From positions 1 through 51,898 of the forward strand of contig CAVYCR010000002.1 of NCBI GenBank assembly GCA_963767115.1: 51,898 nucleotides of DNA, given 5' to 3'. The notes under the pieces were generated by a model, which ran no database searches, was not told where the DNA came from, and saw only the letters and a list, made by a program, of their open reading frames with translations. Each line of letters opens with the position of its first letter. The first letter of the stretch is position 1. The DNA is from Candidatus Kaiserbacteria bacterium. Lineage in GTDB: Bacteria > Patescibacteriota > Minisyncoccia > Phycocordibacterales > UBA2100. The position numbers and the translations under genes are program-made. Below are positions 11,849 to 20,289 of this stretch, in pieces.

Positions 11849-11936
11849 GACCTCAGCAAGCTCGTCCCGCGAAGTCAGCTTTGGGCTGACGGAGTGGGAT
11901 CTGATTGAAACCTTTCGGTACCCGCTTTCTCTGGCC
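11849..11936 (-). promoter_or_regulatory. L10 leader (rplJL autoregulatory RNA)
   Basis: GGCC-AGAGA-AAGCGGGU...UUCAAU...GCUUGCU-GA-GGUC kink-turn-like stem between the promoter and rplJ. Confidence 0.75.
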
Positions 11937-11947
11937 TTGTGGGGTGC

Positions 11948-12009
11948 ATAGTAGCCTGCATGCATTGAGACGTCAACTTTTTGACATACCATCACTACGG
12001 CAGTAGATT
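11948..12009. promoter_or_regulatory. Back-to-back sigma70 promoters (rplJL on minus; CtrA-like gene on plus)
   Basis: Minus: TTGACG (11976-11971)-17-TACTAT (11953-11948). Plus: TTGACA (11981-11986)-17-TAGATT (12004-12009). Confidence 0.8.
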
Positions 12010-12071
12010 GGCCTGAGTGATGTTCATTAGATTCAATCATCGGACATCGGACCCAAACACGGAGGGATCCC

Positions 12072-12437
12072 ATGGATGCTTTGTTGGACAGAGACCCGGC
12101 TATAGTAGAGCCAGTCATCGTCACCGGCAACCTCGTCGTCGACATGACCCACAGGATCGTCAAGATCGACGATGTACGCGTGCATCTTACCCCGACAGAA
12201 TACAAGATACTTAAGCTTTTCAGCTTGCGTAAGGGCATAACACTCTCCAAGAGCGTCATCTTCGCACATCTATACGATGAGGACGTCAAACGAGACCCGA
12301 AGATTATCGGTGTGTTCATCTGCAAGCTACGCAAGAAACTCACCACGGCCTCCAGGGGGACAAACTATATCGATACAATATTTCTTCGTGGCTATATCTT
12401 GCGCGACCCACCAGCACAAGAAGCCACCTACGGATGA
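12072..12437 (+). CDS. Stand-alone OmpR/PhoB-type winged-helix domain, CtrA-like, no receiver domain
   Basis: VHLTPTEYKILKLFSLRKGITLSK...HLY...KIIGVFICKLRKKL...RGYILRDP follows the CtrA C-terminal signature; GGAGG at 12061-12065. Confidence 0.88.
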   Translation: MDALLDRDPAIVEPVIVTGNLVVDMTHRIVKIDDVRVHLTPTEYKILKLFSLRKGITLSKSVIFAHLYDEDVKRDPKIIGVFICKLRKKLTTASRGTNYIDTIFLRGYILRDPPAQEATYG

Positions 12438-12453
12438 AACCGACCGCCTCCCG

Positions 12454-12487
12454 AGGCGGCGCGAACCTCGCGCCGCCTTTCTTATTT
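12454..12487 (+). terminator. Terminator after the CtrA-like gene
   Basis: AGGCGGCGCGA-ACC-TCGCGCCGCCT then TTCTTATTT. Confidence 0.8.
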
Positions 12488-12577
12488 GAAACGGGATCCA
12501 AGTTTGACATACTGCACATACGTGTGTTATTATTGCTTCGGCAAATACCTGCTGAACCAAACCCTAGGGGGAATCCA

Positions 12578-12955
12578 ATGCAACAATGTATCGGCGGCGG
12601 CGAAGAATTCGTTGTAACACCTCCTTTCGGATCGCCCGAGGAATTGGCAATGCTGGAGGATGTGTTCCGCGTCCAAACTGAGACACTCGCCCAAGACGAC
12701 CGGATAATGTTGACCGGCTGTATGCTGGCAACCCTCAACGCCTCACCGACGAAAGTCGCCCAAAACAAGCTTAAGGGAGCGCTTTTGGAGAAGCTTCTCG
12801 TCGCAGTGCATGAGTATAACCCTGGGCTTTACGAGTCCTTCGTATTGTTCCTTCGCGACAAGACGGCATTCAACGAAACGCTGGGCCAAGAGGCTCACTG
12901 GATAGATGCGACGGCAGCGGAAATCGGTCTGATCATTTTGGGTTTGCGTCCATGA
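12578..12955 (+). CDS. Hypothetical protein (orphan, monocistronic)
   Basis: Own promoter TTGACA 12504-12509 / TGnTATTAT 12525-12533, purine-rich RBS, terminator hairpin 12962-12986. Start moved from 12434, which lies before the upstream terminator. Confidence 0.65.
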   Translation: MQQCIGGGEEFVVTPPFGSPEELAMLEDVFRVQTETLAQDDRIMLTGCMLATLNASPTKVAQNKLKGALLEKLLVAVHEYNPGLYESFVLFLRDKTAFNETLGQEAHWIDATAAEIGLIILGLRP

Positions 12956-13011
12956 AACAGGAGCGCCGAGACGATGTCTCGGCGCTTTTACTTTGCACTA
13001 TTTTTATAGTT

Positions 13012-13170
13012 CTACTTGAGCATCTGGGCGAGGGCCGCAGCGGCGGCCTGCTGCTTGGTCTCGCCGAGGCCGAAGTGCGTGACGGCAAGCGTGAGCCCGA
13101 AGCTCACCCCGATAAAGGTCATAAACCCCGCGGCAAATTTCAAAAACGATCCCGTCGGCGTCGGCTGCAT
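13012..13170 (-). CDS. Small single-TM protein
   Basis: MQPTPTGSFLKFAAGFMTFIGVSFGLTLAV...; TACAAT 6 nt before the ATG. Confidence 0.6.
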   Translation of the reverse strand: MQPTPTGSFLKFAAGFMTFIGVSFGLTLAVTHFGLGETKQQAAAAALAQMLK

Positions 13171-13208
13171 GTCACTATTGTATACCCTCTCCAATAATGC
13201 CGCGATGG

Positions 13209-13640
13209 CTATGTGTTTTTCTTACCCATGCGCCAAATCCGCCAATATTTCCAGATTATGACTATTGCGCTCACCAGATCAATGAGCCATACCATGCGTT
13301 CGGTGACTTGCGTACGGTCCAATAAATAGAAGGTGATTCCTTGATATTCGTATGGTGTATTAATAATTATAAATAGCGCAATGATCGCAAGGGGCAAAAT
13401 CACTTTCCACCATGCATTGAAAACTTCTCTTCTGACAAAAATAACTATCAGACATAGGGGTAGCAACCACGGGAGTCCCCAATATAAAGGTTCACCAACT
13501 CCGATATATGTAGAATAATCGAGACAATAGACTTGGTTGCCGCAGATACCGATAATCCACGAATGAAAAATTAGATACTGCGCTGCCATTCCTACAATGA
13601 CCAGAATTAGGAGAATTATTCCAAATAATCGATGATTCAT
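13209..13640 (-). CDS. Four-TM membrane protein translationally coupled to the upstream lipase (candidate immunity protein)
   Basis: Four hydrophobic segments; ATGA overlap with the lipase stop; low GC. Confidence 0.75.
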   Translation of the reverse strand: MNHRLFGIILLILVIVGMAAQYLIFHSWIIGICGNQVYCLDYSTYIGVGEPLYWGLPWLLPLCLIVIFVRREVFNAWWKVILPLAIIALFIIINTPYEYQGITFYLLDRTQVTERMVWLIDLVSAIVIIWKYWRIWRMGKKNT

Positions 13641-16255
13641 ATTTTTGTATTTATCAACACCTTCAATTCCTCAATCATATCAAGTAATTGACTCGCTTCC
13701 GCAGAGGTGATCTTTTCAACCTGAGGAGGTTTCTTGGGTAGTGGCTTGGTATTTTCATTCTCGATATAGGCCTCGATTCGATTAAGTTTTCGTATAATCT
13801 TATCTTTGAGCCTATCATTCGAATTATCCGCACTGTCGTCATCATCGGTGTCCCATTTCGTATCCTTAGTGATCAAATATCCAACATTGACAAACTTGGC
13901 TTCTAGTCGCAATTTGACGAGCGAACCCATATCCATTCCAAGAATCGTTGTGCCGATCAGCTTCGTATATGAGAGCGGGTCGGTCGTCTGCGTAGAAGAG
14001 GCGATTACTATATCGACCTTACCATCGCCGTCTTCGTCTACTGCAAGCGCTGTCGAAGCTAGATTCGATGCATTGACTTGTATGGTAGCAGTCGACGATG
14101 CAGTCACTGGCACACCAGCAAAACTAATTGTGCTCTGTGCGACGCCGCTAACGACCGGCGTCACCTCGAAGGTAAAAGTGCCCGTCCCCGTGCCATGCAA
14201 AACGACTTTGTAATTATTACTATCGTCGGGAAGTCCTATATACTGTCCTTCGCCATATTGACGATAGTAACTATTAGGAATCTGCTCTTGTACATATAGA
14301 TCATCAGACTGCGGGTTGGGATTCGGGATCATACCCGTATGATTTCCAAGACTGTCATATGCGTCTAAGGTGACTGGCGAGAGCACGCGGAGGCGTAAGG
14401 TCTTACTTAACAATGTTGGAGTTGGTTCAGTGGTAGTTACGTACTGGGGTAATACACCAACCGAGCTAGACGATAAAATGCTTGCAAACAAGGTCTGAAA
14501 AACGGACGTCTCTGTAACATCTTTATGGCCGAGATTGGTCTTAAAGAATTCATTATATTTCGGTAAATTTATGTAATAGCTTTGCCAACTAGTTGTAGCT
14601 ATTTGACTTGGTACCACCACGGTATCGTCCCCATCTTCAGTGATATTCATTGCATGGCGCGTAGTTGTTGAGATCGAGCAGCCAACAGCATTACAAGTCG
14701 ATATATTTTCTTCTTGGTACGTAACTCCTGACGGCGTATCGAGACCCCAGCCCGCTATCTGGATTACTTGCACACCCACTGGAGGTGTCCATGAATCGAG
14801 ATCGGAATGGAGGGCAGTCGCACTTGATAATAATGCGGACGAAAGCAAATCCGGCGTCTCGATATCGCCCGCAGCGGGCTTGGTGCGGCCTGAGGTGAGG
14901 AACTTGCCTAGATCATTCGCATTCGTGATGAGGCTCGGCACATTGCCCGCGTCTTTGAGATCGGGATCGAGGGTGAGATCGACCACCGGCGATGCGACAC
15001 GCACGAAATAATCGCTTGAAGGGAGGAGATCGTAGGCATCGGGCATATTTTCTGCTAAGCCCCGCATGGTCTGCTGCGATACGACGAACCCAGGCAACGG
15101 ATCGTAGTCGCCATGGAGCATCGCTGCGATCGCCATCGGCGTGCCGTCCTGCGGTACGTCCACAAGTATTACTTTATCGACAAGGTTGGCCTTGCCCTCC
15201 TGCTGCAGCTTGATCATCAATGCCTTCGCGACAAGGCCGCCGTTGGAGTGCGCCACTATCGTGACCTTCCCTGTTTTCGAGGTCGACGCCAGCGCGATCA
15301 ATGCTTGGTCGATGAAATGAGTGCCGTCGTCATACGGCGTGCCGTCGTTGACGACATCTTCGGGCGATTGCCGCCAATCGTACGGGAACGCAAGATAGTC
15401 GTAGATCGTGCTGCTTGCCTTGAGACCCGCAAGCTGCGCCAGGAATGATTGATAGATGCTTGTTTCGTCAAAAGGTACGCCCACCTGATCAATCGTTGCA
15501 CCGGTCTTCGTGTATACAGCGTTAATACTGGTACCGTTCGGATTCAGATACATTGCCTTTGCGTCTTGTTGCAAACTGCTGATCCACGGCTCCCAGAGCT
15601 GCAGTTCGATACCGACTGTCTTTTCATAGAGGCGACTGCCTTCAAGACCGGGAATGAAAAGGACGTTCGAATCGCAACCACTAACACAGGACGTAGGCGC
15701 GGACGGCACAGCACAACCGTTTTCGCATATCTCGAGAAAGGGTGTTGTGCCCGAGGCGCCCACCCAATGATCTGCGGTATACCCTGAATAGCTTGGGTCC
15801 AAGAAGGCCCACATTTCATTTCCCATATGCACTGTCTCGCCGGGGTTTGTCGGTATCGAATATTCGGTGAGGCTCGTCGTCGCCGTCACAGCGAGCGGAT
15901 AATAATTACCGGGTGAAGCAACTAAATGCGCCGTAGTAGTCCCGGTACCATAAAAAGGATCTCCACCAGAAGTGGCTTGCAAAATGACATCAAGGACATT
16001 GCCTGTGCCTCCGTTCCATTGAGCCAGGAGGTGCAGAGTAGTTGAGACATCGGTTGTAAAATCCTGACCGCTCCACGTACCGAGGAAGACGCTTGGATTG
16101 TCATTGAGACCGAACCATGAGTGCGTCGATGTAGGCGTGTACACTTGTAAACTGTCCGGACCGGATGAGGCGGATTGCCAGACTACTTCTGCGTTGGAAA
16201 TGTGTGGCGACATAAGTATAAACGTGAGGACTGATGCGACGAGTAAAATACGCAT
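13637..16255 (-). CDS. Large secreted LCAT/PGAP1-like alpha/beta hydrolase (phospholipase/acyltransferase)
   Basis: Signal peptide MRILLVASVLTFILMSPHISNA; VLFIPGLEGS, FPYDWR, IVAHSNGGL nucleophile elbow, DGDDTV, Ca-binding-like DEDGDGKVD. The ORF is open up to 16351. Confidence 0.88.
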   Translation of the reverse strand: MRILLVASVLTFILMSPHISNAEVVWQSASSGPDSLQVYTPTSTHSWFGLNDNPSVFLGTWSGQDFTTDVSTTLHLLAQWNGGTGNVLDVILQATSGGDPFYGTGTTTAHLVASPGNYYPLAVTATTSLTEYSIPTNPGETVHMGNEMWAFLDPSYSGYTADHWVGASGTTPFLEICENGCAVPSAPTSCVSGCDSNVLFIPGLEGSRLYEKTVGIELQLWEPWISSLQQDAKAMYLNPNGTSINAVYTKTGATIDQVGVPFDETSIYQSFLAQLAGLKASSTIYDYLAFPYDWRQSPEDVVNDGTPYDDGTHFIDQALIALASTSKTGKVTIVAHSNGGLVAKALMIKLQQEGKANLVDKVILVDVPQDGTPMAIAAMLHGDYDPLPGFVVSQQTMRGLAENMPDAYDLLPSSDYFVRVASPVVDLTLDPDLKDAGNVPSLITNANDLGKFLTSGRTKPAAGDIETPDLLSSALLSSATALHSDLDSWTPPVGVQVIQIAGWGLDTPSGVTYQEENISTCNAVGCSISTTTRHAMNITEDGDDTVVVPSQIATTSWQSYYINLPKYNEFFKTNLGHKDVTETSVFQTLFASILSSSSVGVLPQYVTTTEPTPTLLSKTLRLRVLSPVTLDAYDSLGNHTGMIPNPNPQSDDLYVQEQIPNSYYRQYGEGQYIGLPDDSNNYKVVLHGTGTGTFTFEVTPVVSGVAQSTISFAGVPVTASSTATIQVNASNLASTALAVDEDGDGKVDIVIASSTQTTDPLSYTKLIGTTILGMDMGSLVKLRLEAKFVNVGYLITKDTKWDTDDDDSADNSNDRLKDKIIRKLNRIEAYIENENTKPLPKKPPQVEKITSAEASQLLDMIEELKVLINTKI

Positions 16256-16366
16256 CGCATCAGCCTTACGCGCATATGCGCTAGACCCCTTAGCACGTCC
16301 GCAAGACCCCTTTGCGTCCTTCATATGCACGATCAGTATGACACTGTACATGAAGTCTTCATTAAG

Positions 16367-16375
16367 TTATCCACA
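16367..16375 (+). promoter_or_regulatory. Consensus DnaA box
   Basis: TTATCCACA in a divergent intergenic region. Confidence 0.45.
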
Positions 16376-16384
16376 TATTCATTA

Positions 16385-16403
16385 CATAGGTCTGACCTCT
16401 GCA
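16385..16403. repeat. RAYT-associated palindrome, one mismatch in the left arm
   Basis: CATAGGTC-T-GACCTCTGCA. Confidence 0.75.
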
Positions 16404-16453
16404 AACAGGATCAAAACTTGGCTCTTTTGTTGAGTTTTTGGTATGCTGGAGCG

Positions 16454-17164
16454 ATGAGTACACATGATCGCACTTCAATTATCGTCGGGATTATCATCGT
16501 AATCGTTCTCGTCCTCGGCTTTCTGGCTTGGCAGGAACGTGCAGGCACGCAAGCCTCTATCCCCTCTACTGCTACGACTACCAGCGCTACCTCGAGCTCG
16601 GGCGGCAACGTAATCAGTATTTCGCCCAGCGGAAAGGTCACCGGGCCGGCCGGTTATACCATCACAGAGATTCCTGTCGGTTCGGACGCTCCGCAGGCGC
16701 CCAACTACAAAGCACCCCTCGTCTTCGCGAGCACTGTGCCGGCTGACCAACAGGCACAACTGCAGCAAGCATTTGCTGCCGCGCAGGCGACGATCACGAA
16801 GAGCCCGCAGGATTTCAATTCATGGATAGAGCTAGGGCTTGTACGCAAAGAAGCCGGCGACTACACCGGTGCGGCTGCCGACTGGCAATACATGTCAGCG
16901 CTCTACCCTACCAACGTGGTCTCCAACGCAAACCTCGGCGACCTGTATACCAACTACCTGCCGAATTACCCGAAAGCAGCAGCAGCCTTCAAGGCGCAGA
17001 TCGCCAACGATCCCACTGACGAATACATCTATATCGACCTCTATGATCTCTACACTACCCACTACCCACAGAGCAGTTCGACGATCGTAGCGCTCCTCAA
17101 GCAGGGGCTTGCGGCGGTCCCTGGCGACGCACAGCTCTCGGCCCTGCTCGCGAAATATCAGTAG
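16454..17164 (+). CDS. Membrane-anchored TPR-repeat protein
   Basis: N-terminal TM, Ser/Thr linker, TPR-like SWIELGLVRKEAGDYTGAAADW and NLGDLYTNY; TATGCT 6 nt before the ATG. Confidence 0.8.
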   Translation: MSTHDRTSIIVGIIIVIVLVLGFLAWQERAGTQASIPSTATTTSATSSSGGNVISISPSGKVTGPAGYTITEIPVGSDAPQAPNYKAPLVFASTVPADQQAQLQQAFAAAQATITKSPQDFNSWIELGLVRKEAGDYTGAAADWQYMSALYPTNVVSNANLGDLYTNYLPNYPKAAAAFKAQIANDPTDEYIYIDLYDLYTTHYPQSSSTIVALLKQGLAAVPGDAQLSALLAKYQ

Positions 17165-17208
17165 CGCACTCGTGGACACACTCGCTGTGTAAGTACTCTT
17201 TTGCACTT

Positions 17209-17258
17209 TTGCAGAGGTCAGACCTCTGCAATCTTTTCCACAGAGGTCTGACCTCTGT
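17209..17258. repeat. REP-like palindrome doublet upstream of the RAYT (inverted pair)
   Basis: TTGCAGAGGTC-A-GACCTCTGCAA (17209-17231) and ACAGAGGTC-T-GACCTCTGT (17240-17258). Confidence 0.9.
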
Positions 17259-17293
17259 ATTCCTTCATATGAACGCCGGTATATACTGCGTAC

Positions 17294-17977
17294 ATGCATC
17301 GGAGGGGTCAGATGCGTGCTCTCGATGGGCACCACTATCATATTTTCAACCGTGGCGCACATGAGTACCCTGTTTTTGCAAGTGACGACGATTATAAAAG
17401 GTTCCAGATTCTTCTATACCTGCTCAACACGCACTCCCCTGTCACGGTACGCAACGTGCTTGCGCGATACCAAGAGACAAAAGTGGAGCGGGTGTTTATA
17501 GACGAGTACTGCGACCAGTCACTTGTCGATATACTCGCCTACACGCTCCTACCCAACCATTTCCATTTGGTCTTGCGCGAAAAGGCTGAGGACGGCGTAG
17601 CTCTTTTCATGCAGAAGGTGTGCACTGCCTATTCTATGTATTTCAATACAATGCATGACCATCGCGGCACACTCTGGGAGGGACGGTATAAGTCGCGGCC
17701 GATCGCGAACGAATCGTATCTCAAATACATCTTTGCTTATGTCCACCTCAATGTACTCGATCTCAAAGAGAATCGACGGAAAGACTTTGGCATAAAAGAT
17801 ACGAGAGCTTCACGCGCATTTGTCGCTTCGTATCCGTATTCGAGCTACTACGACTATTACGTGGGAGGCCGGCCGGAGAGGGTCATCTTGTGCGCAACAA
17901 ATCTGCGCGATTTTCTGCGGCAAAACGATTTTGAGGAACTGGCCGCTTGGCAATCAGCCGGCCGCGCAGAGGTCTGA
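17294..17977 (+). mobile_element. REP-associated tyrosine transposase (RAYT, Y1 HUH family)
   Basis: YHIFNRG, YTLLPNHFHLVL (HUH), YFN...GTLWEGRYKS, YVHLN (catalytic Tyr), YPYSSY; palindromes on both sides; no tnpB. Confidence 0.92.
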
Positions 17978-18016
17978 CCTCTGTACCACACGACTACCGA
18001 GGTCTGACCTCTGCAA
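17966..18016. repeat. REP-like palindrome doublet downstream of the RAYT; supplies its TGA stop
   Basis: GCAGAGGTC-T-GACCTCTGT (17966-17984) and GAGGTC-T-GACCTCTGCAA (17999-18016). Confidence 0.9.
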
Positions 18017-18064
18017 TATTTCTTGAGGATATGGCCTTGTTCACCGTTTGGGGATTTTTTCTTT

Positions 18065-19096
18065 TTATTGGCCGCTTTGGACAGCTTGATAGGCAGCAGC
18101 AGAGACTTGTGCAACGATACTCTCGAGCGTAGCAATGGGTGCGGAGCCGCGTGTCATGATGCACATCACGTAAGGATCCTTGCCGTAGACGATGCCGCAA
18201 TCATGCAGCTCGTGCTCGGTCGTGACGTTGCCGGGCGCGATGCCGACAAGTCCGAGCTTGTGTGAGACCACCGTCGAACTCGAGACACCCGCGACTATCC
18301 CCTGTGTAAAACTCGACTGACTCATAAGTTGGAGTGCCTTTTCGGAATCATCACGGGAGAGGTACGTGGCATTGTAGAGCACGCGGAAGAGCGTCGAGAC
18401 CTGGTGCGCGGTGATGAAATCGAGATTGGAAAGGCTCGGGTCGTCGTTGACGGGTATGTTGAGGTCGCCATACACATCGTTGAGCGTGTTCTTGTCGATG
18501 TTCTCGTCGAGAAGTTCAGTCGCGTTGTTGTCGGAATACTTGATCATATATCCGATGAGCTGATCGACCGTGTAGGTATGTCCTTGCTCGATCGTATCTG
18601 CTGGCGCGATGTCTTGCATGTCGTTGAGATCTTGACTACCGGCTGGGAAGAGTACCTCTTTGTTCAAAACATCCGGATTACTTTCCGACTCTAGATAATA
18701 CGCCATCATGATCGGGATCTTACCGAGACTCGATGGAAAGAATGTGTCATTGCCATAGACCGATGCCCACTGCCCACTTGAGAGGTCAGTGAAATAGACA
18801 GATGCCTTGCTGATATCACCCGCATCTTTGTGGGAATCAATGATCGACTGCATCGCTCCTTCGAGCGATTTGTCTTCTAGTACCGGACTTGAATTGTTGA
18901 TGTTGCACACGAGCAATGGATCGATGAATTGATAGCCACTGAGGCGAAGTGAATGGCTCTGCACACCGAGATCTGCAGCGCCCTTGAGATGCCACCCTGC
19001 CCCGAATGCTCCCAGACCTATAGCAACTGCACAGGCGAGGATGTAAATCCAAAAGACGACATTGCGTCTCTTAGCTCCGGTATCTTTATTAACCAT
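18065..19096 (-). CDS. Class A beta-lactamase-like serine hydrolase, membrane-anchored (start uncertain, 19096-19135)
   Basis: SSLGK (SxxK), YSDN, HKLG, HDCGIVY. Confidence 0.88.
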   Translation of the reverse strand: MVNKDTGAKRRNVVFWIYILACAVAIGLGAFGAGWHLKGAADLGVQSHSLRLSGYQFIDPLLVCNINNSSPVLEDKSLEGAMQSIIDSHKDAGDISKASVYFTDLSSGQWASVYGNDTFFPSSLGKIPIMMAYYLESESNPDVLNKEVLFPAGSQDLNDMQDIAPADTIEQGHTYTVDQLIGYMIKYSDNNATELLDENIDKNTLNDVYGDLNIPVNDDPSLSNLDFITAHQVSTLFRVLYNATYLSRDDSEKALQLMSQSSFTQGIVAGVSSSTVVSHKLGLVGIAPGNVTTEHELHDCGIVYGKDPYVMCIMTRGSAPIATLESIVAQVSAAAYQAVQSGQ

Positions 19097-19131
19097 GGTT
19101 TTCATATAATAGCCTACTGTACACTGATGTT

Positions 19132-20175
19132 TCAAGACGGGTATCGATCCTCGATATCGCGATATATGATTTGTGAGATACCCGCAATGGTCTCTTCAAG
19201 ATACGGGATGTTCTCTCCCTTGGTCATGATACACAGTACATAGGGATGATTGGGGTAATAAATAATGCCGCAATTCTGTAGTTCGGCACCGATTTGTTGC
19301 CCTTGCGCGTCAGGGATACGCGCGTCGCCGAACTTCTGTGCGACGAGTACACCGTTGGGTACGCCTGCCTCGATCCCCTGCGTGAAGTCGCTCTCGGTGA
19401 GGAGCTTGAGCAGGTGTTCCGAATAATCGCGATCAAGATACGTGGAGTTGTATAAGACGCGCAGGAAGAGTGAGTAGGACCCGACTGTGGTATCGTCCGG
19501 ATTTGGATTATTCTTAATTCCGAAATTATTGAATAGAGTGGTCACTACATCGAGTTGTTTGATGGCGGCCAAATGATTGGCAAGTAACTGTTCCGCATTG
19601 TTATCGGAATATTTGATCATGTGCTCGATGAGTTCTTCGATCGTATACGTACTACCCTCCTTAAGCTGGACCGATGACTCTACCTGTTCATTGGCATCAA
19701 GATCGCCAATTCCCATATAGGTAACCGTCTGAGAGAGTACTGACGGATCGCTTTCAGCAAGATCGTAATAGGCCATCGCGAGTGGGATCTTGGTGAGACT
19801 GGCCGGATCGTAAAGTGTCGAAGAATTAACATTGAAACCGTCGGTATTATCGATATCGCGAAAATTGACGGAGGCAATCGTCAGACCGTTCTTTTCTTGC
19901 GTGGAAATATAGGAATTTATCTGATCATAGAGCGCTGAATACTCGGGCGCAGGATTCGCTCCACTCATACTCACGCTGATGAGCGGGTCGGTGAGCTCAT
20001 AACCCGTACTTGAAGCTGATTCAAGGTCACTCTCGCGGACGACTCTATAATCAGTAGATTCACTTGCATCAAACCACTGGATGAAAAGTACCGCTGCCAC
20101 AGCACCGATGATAAGACCAGGAATTCCGTAAGTAATATATGGCGGAGCTTTGTATCGATATGTGCGTAGGCGCAT
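19132..20175 (-). CDS. Class A beta-lactamase-like serine hydrolase, tandem paralog
   Basis: ASLTK (SxxK), YSDN, QKFG, NCGIIY; N-terminal TM. Confidence 0.88.
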   Translation of the reverse strand: MRLRTYRYKAPPYITYGIPGLIIGAVAAVLFIQWFDASESTDYRVVRESDLESASSTGYELTDPLISVSMSGANPAPEYSALYDQINSYISTQEKNGLTIASVNFRDIDNTDGFNVNSSTLYDPASLTKIPLAMAYYDLAESDPSVLSQTVTYMGIGDLDANEQVESSVQLKEGSTYTIEELIEHMIKYSDNNAEQLLANHLAAIKQLDVVTTLFNNFGIKNNPNPDDTTVGSYSLFLRVLYNSTYLDRDYSEHLLKLLTESDFTQGIEAGVPNGVLVAQKFGDARIPDAQGQQIGAELQNCGIIYYPNHPYVLCIMTKGENIPYLEETIAGISQIIYRDIEDRYPS

Positions 20176-20212
20176 GAGAAACCCGTGGAAAAAGTATACG
20201 CAATTTATCCAA

Positions 20213-20252
20213 CAAAGCAAAACCCCCTCCTTTTGGGAGGGGGTTTGCTTTG
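20213..20252 (-). terminator. Terminator after the S-layer-like gene
   Basis: caaagcaaaaccccctcc-tttt-gggagggggtttgctttg. Confidence 0.8.
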
Positions 20253-20289
20253 CCTACGTTGTCGCCGTAAGCGGGACTAGTTTATATGA

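Noticed and set aside
17209-18016. Palindromic repeats as a CRISPR array
   Set aside because: No regular repeat-spacer period and no cas genes; they flank a Y1 transposase.
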